This document shows, piece after piece, positions 23,918 through 37,009 of a stretch of 64,000 nucleotides of DNA. The DNA lies in NCBI GenBank assembly GCA_951406725.2, contig OX597816.1, positions 57,288,001-57,352,000 of the forward strand, written 5' to 3'. The notes under the pieces were generated by a model, which was not told the DNA's origin, ran no database searches, and saw only the letters and a program-made list of their open reading frames with translations. Each line of letters begins with the position of its first letter. Positions within the stretch are counted from its first letter, which is position 1. Source of the DNA: Octopus vulgaris (taxonomy: Eukaryota). A program made the position numbers and the translations under genes.

Positions 23918-23968
23918 TTATATATATATGTGTGTGTGTATGTATATATATATATATATATAAATGAA

Positions 23969-24004
<36 letters not shown>

Positions 24005-24009
24005 AATGA

Positions 24010-24050
<41 letters not shown>

Positions 24051-24055
24051 TGTGT

Positions 24056-24116
<61 letters not shown>

Positions 24117-24370
24117 TAAATGTGTGTGTATATATATATAAATGAATGTGTGTATATGTGTGTGTGTATATATATATATATATATAAATGAATGTGTGTA
24201 TATATATATGTATATATATATATAAATGAATGTGTGTATATATATATGTATATATATATATAAATGAATGTGTGTGTATATATATATGTATGTATATATA
24301 TAAATGAATGTGTGTGTATATATATGTGTATATATATATAAATGAATGTGTGTGTGCATATATGTATGAA

Positions 24371-24411
<41 letters not shown>

Positions 24412-24413
24412 GA

Positions 24414-24453
<40 letters not shown>

Positions 24454-24500
24454 GAATGTGTGCGTATATATATATATATAAATGAATGTGTGCGTATATA
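23918..24500. repeat. TA-rich minisatellite, units aaatgaatgtgtg(ta)n
   Basis: Over 10 units of aatgaatgtgtg separated by variable (TA)n. Confidence 0.9.
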
Positions 24501-25245
24501 GTATATGTATGTACGCACACACACACACACACACACACACAGACTGGAGAAAGGGTTACTATGTAAATATGTGTTTCCGTGAATGGTCGTCTCAGAAATG
24601 AGAATGTGTCTGCGACCTGCCTGAAACAGTGAGTGTTTATAAGGTCTTGTCACAGAAACATTTCTTGTTTTCTTTTCTTTTACATCTTATTGGAATGGTT
24701 GGAATATTTAATGCGCAACAACTACAACAACAACAACAAACTGATAGTGCCATTGAAATGGTTAAAGTCATGGCGCACAAATGACAATATCAGCTGTAAA
24801 ATATCGCTATTCATTCAGAAAATAGCAACACTGGATCTGCTAGAAATAATAGTGATATTCCAATCTATTCATTTTCTCATCAGCAACCGATAGTCATTAC
24901 TGCTTCCAGTCTTAGAACACATAGGCCAGGTTTTCCGGTTTCCCAGGCGTATAAGTAAGCGTGAACACAACATTCCCCTGAACGGGACGCCAGTGCATTC
25001 CCTGGACCGGGAATCGAAACCAGGATATTCCGATCGTGAATGCAACGCCATAACCATTAGGTCATTTGCATTCGCCCATTCTACTTCCTTAAAAAAGGGA
25101 AGGACACATCAGATAGATAATGCACTCCTAGAGACACTATGCGTTTAAAAAGACGGGATGGTCACAGCTGGAACGCTTTTTTCACAAGGGACCTAGTATG
25201 GAGTGCTGATTGAGGTTTCGTCTAGATTTCCTAAATACACTGTTT

Positions 25246-25307
<62 letters not shown>

Positions 25308-25898
25308 TCGCGTTGGCCAATTCTCCTGGGTCATATAGACAATAGACGGAGAGACAAACGGATAGCTGGATATGTTTTATTTGAAAACACTGTGTTAGTT
25401 CTTCAATTCATAAAATAACTACGATTTTTGAATTACTTTCACATATTTAAAAATAGATGGCGCTGCACAAAGAAGTTTCTTATGTGTAGTGTCAGAAGCT
25501 CTCTTCTAGACCATCCACACATACACTTCATCTGACTGCAGAGTCTTGGTTCGGAAGTTCCCAGATTGGTGGCATCAACACAGCATACACAGGCGGACTC
25601 TCCTTGACCATGATAATAAAAGATCTGATTCAATTCTAAATAAAGTGTGGACTTTCAGGAAGTAGAATGAAGTATTCTGACTATCGAAACAAAACAACGT
25701 TTATAATTTTACTTTAGTAAGTTAAAACAGGATGTTGTGTTTCTCATTAAAATATGAAGGTCAACTCAAAACTATTTAATGAATAGAATCTGAGAATTTC
25801 CTTCTAAAACATTATTATGCAAGTTGATAAATTTCTACGAAAATTAAGAAAATGTGTCATAAAAATAATTTTTCTCTCTCAGAAAATATATATCGATC

Positions 25899-26212
25899 GG
25901 CACTCCTTCGATTATGACGACGAAGGAGCCAGTTGAACTGATTACTGGGGCAGCCTACTCGTGAAATTAACATGCAAGTGGCTGAGTACTCCACAGACAC
26001 GCGAAACCTTAGCGTAGTTCCCAGGGAGATTCAGTGTGACACAGTGTGACAAGGCTGGACCTTTTGTATTACAAATACGACTCCTTTTTGCCAGCTGAGT
26101 GGACTGGAGCAATGGGAAACAAAGGGCCTGGCTCAATGACACAATCCGCCGCCGGGAATCGAACTCACAATTGTGAGTCGGATACCCTAACCTCTAAGCC
26201 ATGCGCTTTCAC
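25899..26212 (-). mobile_element. SINE family C
   Basis: Near full length; ends gggaatcgaactcac...ctctaagccatgcgctttcac. Confidence 0.85.
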
Positions 26213-26319
26213 ACAGAAATCCAGATGTATTTTTTCCTGGTGTTTAGATTCGGCTCATTCTAGACTGACAAATATAATGATCAAAGATCGTTGAACCATG
26301 TTCATCCTGGTCTTCTATG

Positions 26320-26471
26320 CACAAGCGTAGCTAGAGTGTGTGCCGCCCTGGGCGGCGCTTCCGTTTGCCGCACCCGCACCCCACAAAAAACACATTGCCT
26401 ACAGTAGACCCGAAAGTGCCACTCGATGTGGACCGCCCAGTACCGCTCCCCAACACACAGCTACGCTAGTG
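26320..26471. mobile_element. hAT-type MITE (152 bp)
   Basis: TIRs cacaagcgtagct / agctacgctagtg; perfect 8-bp TSD cttctatg (26312-26319, 26472-26479). Confidence 0.9.
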
Positions 26472-27014
26472 CTTCTATGGAGCCCTTTCGTACTTCACTC
26501 TCGCCCCCCCCCCCCCCCGCCGATTTTTGCCAACCAAATTATCAGAACCTCATGGCTACAGAGTTAAATCGTTGGTATTACCATAATGTTCTGCTAATCT
26601 GATAAGCTTGGTTTCTTTATTTCCATTGATTTGTGAATACCCAGTTGTATAATGCGTCGCACGCATATTAGTGCAGACACGCAGACATTGGAATTATCAT
26701 TGCATGAAAACTACGAAAAGGCCATAATCCCAATGATGTCAGGTTGTTAAATAAACACATTCATCCCTCTGTTACTTCCTGACATTTTATGGTTTATATA
26801 TTCCTCTCGAAATAATCTCATCGATCGGATCTCCTGGATTTCAGCTGCATGGAACCCTGCCTTATACTCATCTCTACTGGATTATTATGACGTCTGTTAA
26901 CCGAGTCCGCTGGAGGAGCTTTATGTGATAGCCACACGATTCTAATATTCCATATATTACACTATAAATAGGTGTATGGGTGTGTGTGTAAAAGAGTAAA
27001 GTCTTCCTTCGATC

Positions 27015-27296
27015 ATGAATGATCCTTCTCTTCCATAGCACAAGTCCGAGCAATATCGTTATTGTGGAAGACCAGCAGTCACCTATGTATACCAGCCCTT
27101 CCTCCACACCACTGATGTTATATCCAAGGGAAAGGCAAAGGAGTCGATACAACTTGCCACCATTTCTACTGCTGAGTGAACTGGAGCAACGTGAAATAAA
27201 GTGTCTTGCTCAAGAACACAACCTGGTCCGGGAATCGAACTGACCATCTCGTGGCTGCGGGCCTGATGCTCTAACCACTGAGCCATGCGCCTTCAC
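27015..27296 (-). mobile_element. SINE family C head with a third type of 3' part
   Basis: Same tRNA head and gtgtcttgctcaagaacac core, different downstream sequence. Confidence 0.75.
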
Positions 27297-27328
27297 GTGT
27301 ATGTGTGTGTGTGTCTGTGTGATATGTG

Positions 27329-27377
<49 letters not shown>

Positions 27378-27379
<2 letters not shown>

Positions 27380-27478
27380 AAATAAGCAACAAGAATGACA
27401 CCGGTAATTTGGTACGATCGTTTCGTACTACGAAACGATCGTACCAAATTACCGGAGTCATTCTTGTTGCTTATTTTG
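27378..27478. repeat. 101-bp near-perfect palindrome (Penelope-like inverted terminus)
   Basis: 50-bp arms, one mismatch, 1-nt centre at 27428. Confidence 0.95.
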
Positions 27479-27575
27479 ATTATAATCACCCCACGGATTT
27501 TATGGATAACACTATACAGAATTCTGGTGCATCTAAATTAAGTACCATATTCATTTGAATCTAAATTTTTGCTGA

Positions 27576-27623
<48 letters not shown>

Positions 27624-27636
27624 AGAATACAAAGAA

Positions 27637-27686
<50 letters not shown>

Positions 27687-28271
27687 CACTTTATATTCTA
27701 CTGCTGCGTGTATGTTTGTGTGTGTGTGAAGTATCTATATATATATATATATATATTTGTATATACGACTATGTCACATGTCTGTGTATGTGAATATATT
27801 TGTTTGTGATTTGTGTATTTGTTGGTTGGTGTCATGGCCAATAGTCAATAAAGATATATATCTCAGTGTAACAAAGACCCACACATAACTTCATAACACC
27901 GGTAGGGGCCGGGCCGCCGAGCGAGCAGTGTAATGTTCCTTTTATTTATTCGCACGAGATTGCGCCGTCCTTCTGATACCTGATCTGTCACCACTGGCTT
28001 TAGATCCTCCATCAGATTCGTGACACTCCATAGAGAATGTTGGGCGGGCTGTGATCTATCTTGCCACACCAATTACACACACACACAATGAGATGCTTAG
28101 AGAGTAAGTATATATACTTAGACATGTTATGTGGTATTTAAGAATGGCCGTTAACTGTGAATGTTTGAATGAACTGAAAGAATACATCTACATACAAACA
28201 GCTTTCACATCTAAATAAACTCTCCTACACACACGAAGACATACACGTGTGTGTAATATATATTCTCCTCT

Positions 28272-28580
28272 GACACTCCGTCGGTTACGACGACGAGTGT
28301 TCCAGTTAATTCAATCAACGCTCGTCAAATTAACATGAAGTGGGTGAGCACTCCAAAGACACCCGCGTACTTTTAACGTAGTTTTCAGAGAGATTCAGCG
28401 TAACATAGAATGTGACATGGTTGTACCTTTCTTTTAATCATTGGTGTAACTCATTTTTGCCAGCTGATTGGACGGGGGGCAATATGAAATAAAGTTCTTG
28501 CTCAAGGACATAACGCGCTACCAGGAACCAAACTTGCGATCTTACTATTGTGAATCGAATATCATTAACCACCAAGCCAA
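28272..28580 (-). mobile_element. SINE family C
   Basis: Homologous to the 25899 copy. Confidence 0.8.
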
Positions 28581-28754
28581 GAAGTGCAAGCTGGTAGAAT
28601 AATCCATTCTACTATAAGACACAAGGCCTGAAATTTTGAGGGAGGGGGCTAATCGATTTCATCTACCTAGAAATTATGAAAGATAAAGTGGACCTCGGCG
28701 TAGTTTGAACTTATAATATAAAGACGCACTAGCAATTCTGCCTGTTTACCCCCG

Positions 28755-28937
28755 TTCTTTTATCTTAATTGTTTCAGTCATTTGACTGTGGCCATGCTGG
28801 ATGGAGAACCGCCTTTAGTCGAGCAAATCGACGCCAGGACTTATTCTTTGTAAGCCTAGTACTTATTCTATCGGTTTCTTTAACCGAACTGCTAGATTAC
28901 GGGGACGTAAACACACTAGCATCGGTTGTCAAGCATG

Positions 28938-28981
<44 letters not shown>

Positions 28982-28982
28982 T

Positions 28983-29041
<59 letters not shown>

Positions 29042-29207
29042 TATACACGACGGGCTTCTCTCAGTTTCCGTCTACCAGATCCACTCACAAGGCTTTGGTC
29101 GGCCCGAGGCTGTAATAGAAGACACTTGCTCAAAGTACCACGCAGCAGGACTGAACCCGAGACCATGTGGTAAGCAAGCAACTTACCACACAGCCACTCC
29201 TGCGCCT
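28755..29207 (-). mobile_element. SINE family A
   Basis: Full layout with (CA)n(TA)n centre. Confidence 0.9.
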
Positions 29208-29275
29208 ATAATAATAATAATAATAATGATGATGATGATGGCCCTGGTGATTTAACAGAAAATTTATTGTTTATA

Positions 29276-29712
29276 AATTGACATGAGTATCTCTTTTAAT
29301 CATAATTTTGCGACAAAAGAATTTGACACGCTCAGGGAATATAAAGATTTGCTCGTTGTTGTCGGGACGTGTGACATCTCAAGGTGGTAACAATAATACT
29401 AGTGATTGTAGGAGCGGTTGGAATGATTTTAAAAAAAAGGAACTGGAAATTATTTGGGAATGATTCCTGGCTTACTTATATCCTTGCAAGAAGTGCAAAA
29501 ATTTTGTTTTAACGGATACGTCACACGTATTGAGAAGAGAGCATTGTCGCTGTGAGAACGATAGCCTTCCGTGTAAATAATGCATAATTTTATTTGGTTT
29601 TGTAAATGGTCCGTCTTGTGCGTTTGTTTTAATGGCCTATCAATGTGTTTCTTTGCCGCGGGTGTCGAGAAGACACTCGGTGAGAAATGGAAACAAAACT
29701 GAAGGAAGAAGA
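29276..29712 (+). mobile_element. R4/Dong/NeSL-type (restriction-like endonuclease) LINE 3' fragment
   Basis: Across frameshifts reads IDMSI..HN..KEFD.L..YKDL....VIVGA.GMI.KKGT.NYL.MIPG..SLQEVQK..LT.TSHVLRR, an RLE C-terminus; 3' UTR ends gaaatggaaacaaaactgaaggaagaagaa. Confidence 0.75.
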
Positions 29713-29714
29713 AA

Positions 29715-30950
29715 AACTCTTGATAACGGTTTCAAATTTTATCACAAGGCCAGCAATTTTCGTAACTGATACTTATTTTATCGACCTCGAAAGGATGAAA
29801 GGCAAAGTCGACCTCGGCAGAATTTTAACTCAGCAAAAAACAAACGAAATGCCGTTAAACCCGGAGTGCTGAAGATCCTGCCCAAGAACACAAAACTAGG
29901 ATTTAGGAAAAATAGTATAAAGTATCATATCCGATGTTTTGATAATTCTGCAGAAACGTTTGAGTCCCAGACTAAACGCCCCGCAATATTTTATTCTGGT
30001 TCTTTGCTTTTGGCGCAAATCTTACCAAGGTCAACTTCATATTTTGTCTTTTCGGGATCGACAAGAACCAGTCACATACTGCACCCATATCCCCCCACCT
30101 CAAAATTGCTGGCCTTGTGCCGAAAATTGAAACTCTGACCAATGCGGCGAGCTGGCAGAATCGTTAGCATACCGGACAAAATGCTTAGCGGCATTTCATC
30201 CGTCTTTACGTTCTGAGTTCAAATTGCATCGAGGTGGAAATTGCCTTATATCTTTTCAGGGTCGATAAAATAAGTACCACTTGGGGTTGATGTAATCAAC
30301 TTGTCCCCTGCCCGAAAGTTGCCGGGTTTTGTGCCCAGATTTGATACCAACATTTTATTCTATCGCTTTTTGTAACAGGTTCAAATCACACCAAGATCGA
30401 CTTTATCTTTTATCTTTCCTGGGTCGATAAATAAAGTCCCTAGCTAAAGTGATGGATGGGCGAAATCGTTAGGTTGAACACCTCGCGGTTTTTGTTTCCG
30501 CCTCTGCGTTTTGAGTTCAAATTCCGTCGTGGATAGATTTAATCCAAGGCCCAGTCTAACGCCACCCTTCCTGGTCCCTTTCGATAGGATCAGCCGGATC
30601 AATTTAGTTGTAAACATTTGGAGCCAGGTTTCGGATGTGACCTTCCTTCCACAATCGTCTATGGCCCTGGAAACAGTTATGGAGGCCGGCCTTTCCTCCT
30701 CTCTAAGTGATATTTCTTACACTAAGGCGACGAGCTGGCAGAATCATTACTGCGCCGGATGAAATGCTAGGCAACATTTCGTCCGTCTTGATCTTCTGAG
30801 CTTAAATTCCGCGGAGGTCGACTTTGCCTTTCATCTTTTCGGGGGTCGATAAAATAAGTACTAATGAAACAGTGAGGGGGGGGGGGGCGATGATATCGAC
30901 TTAGCACCCCCACCCCCTTTTGGCCTCGTCCAAAAGTTTGGAACCATTTC
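29715..30950. mobile_element. Cluster of about six old SINE B copies and fragments
   Basis: Repeated ggcgagctggcagaatc, gagttcaaatt and ggtcgataaaataagtac motifs at about 29770(-), 30030, 30145, 30380, 30470 and 30725. Confidence 0.75.
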
Positions 30951-31014
30951 TTTATTTAAGTGTTCATTTATTCCTCGAAAGTTGTTGCTTTTAAAACTAT
31001 TACATGACTTTAGT

Positions 31015-31340
31015 ATCACCACACCACCGCCTACTACCACACAACGCCATCACTACAACGTCACGACTACTACTACTACTACTCCGTTACATAACATCAT
31101 GTAGCGCTATTACTATTACCGCCACCACACTACACCGCCGCCACCACTACACCGCCGCCGCCGCCACCACCACACCGCCGCCGCCGCCACCACCACCACA
31201 CCACCAGCACCACCACCAATATTACTACTATACATGACCACCCTCATCTGCTGCACCACTTCCCATACTATCTCACAGGCACACACTGCCACAGCCCCCC
31301 ACCCTACCATACTATCACCACCATCACCGCCACCGTTGTT
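31015..31340. repeat. (CCA/CCG/CTA)n low-complexity tract
   Basis: Directly visible. Confidence 0.85.
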
Positions 31341-31777
31341 ACCTTCGAATATGAATGACCCTCCCTATATGACCTCCACTAAAATACAGGCATGTACTAT
31401 CTATGAAGTCAACTCCGCTGATATCATGCCTTGACTAATTGTTTGCCAGATATCGCCTTAGTTTATCATTTAACCGCCGGTGTTGGATTGCACTGTGTTT
31501 TATTTATTAGACTAACAATACCACCGACTGCACCGCTACCGCCACCTCTACCCTCCTTGGCGATGGTGGTGGTGGTGGTGATGGTGGTGTTTGGTAACCG
31601 ACACAGGGTGGACACTCGTACACTGGATCTACCCATTTACTCAAGGGTGGACACTTAAGACAATGATGGACTCAAGTTATCTCTTCAATGAAAGAACAAA
31701 GATCAACCAAATTTAATCTTGTATCACCATCATCATCATCATCGTCATCATCCGTCTGTCTTTGCAACCACCCATCC

Positions 31778-32012
31778 TTATTTCTTTATTACACAAAAGG
31801 GGTTAAACTTAGAGGGGACAAACAAGGACAGACAAACGGATTAAGTCGATTACATCGACCCCAGTGCGTAACTGGTACTTATTTAATCGACCCCGAAAGG
31901 ATGAAAGACAAAGTCGACCTCGGCGGAATTTGAACACAGAACGCAACGGCAGACGAAATACTGCTAAGCATTTCGCCCGGCGTGCTAACGTTTCTGCCAG
32001 CTCGCCGCCTTA
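31778..32012 (-). mobile_element. SINE family B monomer with 18-bp TSD
   Basis: TSD ctttgcaaccacccatcc at 31760-31777 and 32013-32030; ends in the Tx1-like aataaagaaat tail. Confidence 0.92.
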
Positions 32013-32527
32013 CTTTGCAACCACCCATCCGTCTACCCACCCATCTATCTCTTACTGTGTACAGCACTCCGCATATACCACTCCACCCTCAGTGTCCTAA
32101 ATCAATCAATAATCACACCCCACCCATCGTCCTCTATCAGGACCTTTACTAAGATTATCACAAGACGCTTACCGTTCATCCCCACCGTGGGACGGTTCCC
32201 AGATCAAGCCGTGACGAAGAAATTCTTTGAAACGTAATAAAATTTTCCTCGATCCTAGTGCTTAGGCTCTGACCAACCATGATCCAGCTGACCTGTGGTT
32301 AAAGATGTTCTTTGCGACCAAGGACAATTTCTTGCGGGAATATTATGTAGCACATACACGCACGCGCGCACATAGATGCACACACACGCACACATATATA
32401 TATATACATACGCACACACGTGCAGGCATCACATACATACACACACATATGTCCACACGTCCACGCCCGTCCACACATAGGCAATCTCACCTTCTTACAC
32501 GACAGAACGCACGCATCCATTTCCAAG

Positions 32528-32560
<33 letters not shown>

Positions 32561-33039
32561 TTTGTTTTTATTTTCAGCTATCATAAAAACAACTTTACAT
32601 TAATCTGGAGGGTTACTCTATACTTTTGTAGAGTACAAATTTATTATCCTTAAACAAGAATATTATTAACAGTGACATTCTCTCTCTCTCTCATTCTCTC
32701 ACTATATATGTGTATGTGTGCGCTGTGGATATGCTCGTTCAATCATAAGTTATCAACCAAACTTTTTTCTGAGTATTTTTACGTTTATCACTGAATAACC
32801 TTACGGAATTACCCGAACTGTTCGTATTCTACATATTAGGGAAATATATAGATGCATGGGTGTGTGCACGTGTTTCTAATATAAGAATGCGTGTATGCGT
32901 ATGTTTATATGTTGGTTAATACATGTGCGTGCGGCAACCAGCAAAAAGCAAAACATAAAAAATTTCCCTATTGAAATGTAACTGCCGAGTAATCTAAACC
33001 AATACGTTTCATATTTCAAACCGCCGTTGCTGTCGTGAT

Positions 33040-33081
<42 letters not shown>

Positions 33082-33424
33082 CTTCCACCATCCCTACTGG
33101 ATACAGGTCATGTCTCCTTCTTCACGACATCTCGTATTTTAGTCCACCCGATACGGCCATAGAACGCAGGCTACCTTTTACTTAAATAGCACTGGTTCAA
33201 TATTCCCACGGAGCATAAGAGTTCATATTGATACACTTAATGCCCCGTTACATTATGAAGGACCTTGTCATGTGGAACTATTTTGGGAAATCGGAGTGGA
33301 ATTAATTTCAAGGGTAAATTTAACCTTTGAATTCTTACCAGGGGTTGTTAGCTAATATTTCTGGGGTACAAATAACGAAATACAGAGATTCCCTGGGTTT
33401 ATATTTGCGAAGGATGTCGAAACT

Positions 33425-34098
33425 GGTTATAGGAAATTTCGCCATAAACACTTTTGCCGTAGGAAAATTCACAGTAAGAAATTTCGTTTTAAATTATCTC
33501 TTAGCGGTATTTAATGATAAACATTGAATAAAGAGATCTTTTCGGTTTGAACGGCAGTTTTTTCTAGCGGTGTCATATGAAATTGTCACCCATAATTATG
33601 ACCCTAATATCGATCTGTTGCATTTCAATCTGTTTTAGGGTTAGGGTTAGGGGTGGGGGGAAGGGTATCTTTTTTTCTTCAGAAATGTAAATAAACCCAA
33701 TCTGTTTCTTAAACGAGGGACATACTCATACGGCACAGAATGCTTTCAACTCAATAGACGTCATTGGTTGGTTGAAATTGCAGAAATTGAAAAAAAAAAC
33801 CCCAAATATCTTACAAGCTATAGAATTTTCTCAATAAAGCCAAGAGAAAAAAAATGTTTTATAAACACATTCTACTAGTATACGAAGTTTAAAAGTGTTT
33901 AGTTACGTGGAAATTATTTTTTAAAAACTGCCGTTCAAACCGAAAAGATCCGAATAAAAATTTACTTATTTAATGCTTTTATAAAATGTTCTACTATTCT
34001 ATTTTTTCTTTTCTTATTTTAAAACATTCACTTTATCATTGTCCATATCGCTAATTGTCTCGTCGCCAAATTTCTCGCGGCGAATTTTCGGGACACGG
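33425..34098. mobile_element. Older element with about 15-bp subterminal repeats (aaatttcgcc), host of a nested MITE
   Basis: aaatttcgcc-like repeats at 33430-33490 and their inverse at 34050-34095. Confidence 0.45.
33534..33951. mobile_element. MITE, Merlin-like (8-bp TSD)
   Basis: TIRs agatcttttcggtttgaacggcagttttt / aaaaactgccgttcaaaccgaaaagatcc; TSD gaataaag / gaataaaa. Confidence 0.9.
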
Positions 34099-34686
34099 TT
34101 GAAATCTATACAAAGATTATCAGAGAGTTTGTAATTGCTTTTTGAAGCGGTTACGTATAAAATCCCTCTAAACTAAGAATATCTGGGTAGGAGAAGCAAA
34201 TAGTTATAAGAGTAGAATCAGGAGAGTGACAGACAGAATGTTGAGTTGTATTTATTAACTTTCCTTTAGATTCCAAGTTTAAATTCCACCGAGATGGGTT
34301 TTTCTTTGGGGATACACGAATCGACAGAACAAAACCCGAGGAAAATAATTAGATCACTATAATAGACCGTGTACCCAATGTACCCACCCAACTGGGGACA
34401 CGTTTCGATTTATCCCTGTATTAGAAATCTTTTTAATTTCTTTTTGTTGTTAATGATGATGTTGCTTAACTCCAAATGAACACACTTATGATCAAAGATA
34501 TTCCAACCATGACCATCTCGTCTTTTTTTAGGCGATATACGTCATCCAGTGTATATTTCCTTTTTTTATGAATGCTAGATTTGTTTTTGAAGGAGGCTAG
34601 CTGCTATTACTAGTAAGTCAAATGACGGCGTAGAAGCTCCCTCGCTGGAGCCGAACTCCCGTGAAGAGTTCATATACATAACAGTG

Positions 34687-35040
34687 AAGGCGACGGTGAG
34701 CTGGCAGAAATGTTAGCACACCGGGCGAAATGCTTCGCGGTATTTCGTCTGCCGCTACGATCTGAGTTCAAATTCCGCCGAGGTCGACTTTGCCTTTCAT
34801 CCTTTCGGGGTCGATAAATTAAGTACCAGTTCCGCACTGGGGTCGATGTAATCGACTTAATACCTATGTCTGTCCTTGTTTGTCCCCTCTAAGTTTAGCC
34901 CCTTGTGGGTAATAAAGAAATAGGTATTTCGTCTGCCGCTACGATCTGAGTTCAAATTCCGCCGAGGTCGACTTTGCCTTTCATCCTTTCGGGATCAATT
35001 AAATAAGTACCAGTTGCGTATAGGGATCATGGCAATCTAC
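34687..35040 (+). mobile_element. SINE family B, dimeric form
   Basis: Body ggtatttcgtctgccgctacgatctgagttc...tttcggg is present twice around the Tx1-like tail. Confidence 0.9.
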
Positions 35041-35639
35041 ATTCTGTACAGACATGTATCTCTGCAGACCCCACCCCCAGTAGAAAGACAATAATTATTG
35101 CATTATTGCATGGTTGGCAGACATAATTCTCTCAGATGACAACGATAGTTTTATTGCTTTGGTGGGGAGGGTGTTGATAAAGGTATCCTTTGAGTGGCTA
35201 AAATCGAAGTAAACTTTGGAATATAAACTCATTTCTAAGTTGAATATAAGAAGGGGTTACAGATATGAAGTTTCATTTTCTTGGGTACCCTATTAGTTTT
35301 ACGTGTTTAGAGCGATTCTATTCAAAATTCTTGGAGGCATTGAGTGAGTGAGTGAGTGAGAGAGAGAGACTTGTCATTATTTTCCAACTTTCTATAAGAA
35401 TATCAGCCAATATATTCTGATCAGATTGAAGGCAGACTTTTTACTTTAATTTTGGCTTCTTACTGGTCTTTTCCCAGAATTCAGTTCTCCCCAAAATAGA
35501 TGATTTGGAATGCCATAATCTTGTACGAACTCTATGGCCTGCATCAGTCTGCTACGCTGCAAGAGAACTTTTGTACTTTATACACAAACACCCACTTTCT
35601 AATAAACTCCACCCGAAAGCAGGCCTTATTTTGTTTCTA

Positions 35640-35674
<35 letters not shown>

Positions 35675-36114
35675 CTACCCTTTCAGCTAGTATGACCTCA
35701 TCATCCTATGACGACATCTTGCACTTCTTTTCCCTATTTCCTCACCCCTTCATTCTCTTACATTACATAATCAGTAGTTACTCTCACCACCACCACAAAG
35801 TCTCTAAGTCATTTATCTTAATCAGTGTCTGGTCTAGTTTATTTTCAATTACCTCTTTATTTCATCTGTGCCACCACTTTCTTAATGAGCTAGGGTTATG
35901 AGTGTGACTATTACGCGCGGCACTGGCACACTGGCTGCAGTCATTTAAAGTGTGCCACTACACCCTGCCCATTAGTTAGTGCCATGAAGATGCTCATAAT
36001 ACCAACTTGAACAGTATCTTTGTAATACTGTTTTATAATTTTTTACGAAATACTTGCATGATCTTTTTTAATTCATAAATTTAATTTGTTCATTAAATAT
36101 TTTTTTTTCTTATA

Positions 36115-36514
36115 TTCTTTTACTTGTTTCAATCATTTGACTGCGGCCATGCTGGAGCACTGCCTTTAGTCGAGCGATTCAACCCCAGAACTTATTGTTT
36201 GTAAGACTAGTACTTATTCTATCGTCTCTTTTGCCAAACCGCTAAGTTATGGGGACGTAGAACACTAACATCGGTTGTCAAGCGATGTTGGGGACACACA
36301 CAAATACGTACATACATACATACATACATACATACATACATACATACGTACGTACGACGGGCTTCTTTCAGCTTCCGTCTACCAAATCCACTCAAAAGAC
36401 TTTGGTCGGCCCGAGGCTATGACACTTGCCCAAGGTGCCACGGAGTGGGACGGAGCCTGGAGCTACGTGGTTGGGAAGCAAGCATCTTACCACACGGCAG
36501 CGCCTGCGCGCGCC
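36115..36514 (-). mobile_element. SINE family A
   Basis: Full layout. Confidence 0.9.
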
Positions 36515-36528
36515 TATGAGAAAAAATG

Positions 36529-36912
36529 GGCGCAAGCGTGGCTGTGTGGTAACAGACTTGCTTCCTAATCACATGGTTTCGGGTTCGGTCCTATTGCGTG
36601 TCACCCTGGGCAAATGTCTCTTACTATAGCCTCGGGCTGATCAAAGCCTTGTGAATGGATTTGTTAGACGGAAACTGAATGAAGAACGTCGATAATAAAT
36701 ATAGGTGTGTGTGTGTGTCTGTCTGTCTGTCTGACTTCCCACTATTGCTCGACAACCGGTGTTGGTGTCTTTAAGCTTAGCGGTTCGGCAAAAGAGAGCG
36801 ATATAATAAGTATCAGGTTTCAAAGACATAAGTACTGGAGGTCGATTGATTCGACTAAAGATTCTTCAAAGGCGGTGCCCCAGCATGGCCACAGTCTAAT
36901 GACTGGAACAAA
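36529..36912 (+). mobile_element. SINE family A
   Basis: Full layout, head-to-head with the previous copy. Confidence 0.9.
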
Positions 36913-37009
36913 GAAAACTTTAAAGATAAAATTTAGTAAATAAATATATATGACGCTATGTTTGGCAACAGCATGCACCCTGGCATGCAGTAGTCAACGG
37001 TACCATAGA

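Noticed and set aside
27867-28077. Possible solo LTR (TGTAA...TTACA)
   Set aside because: No TSD and no second copy in the window to support it.
32205-32242. gtgacgaagaaattctttgaaacgta hammerhead-like string
   Set aside because: C3 is absent and the flanks do not form stem I; at best a decayed copy.
33633-33655. Interstitial telomere (TTAGGG)3
   Set aside because: Only three units and internal to a MITE.
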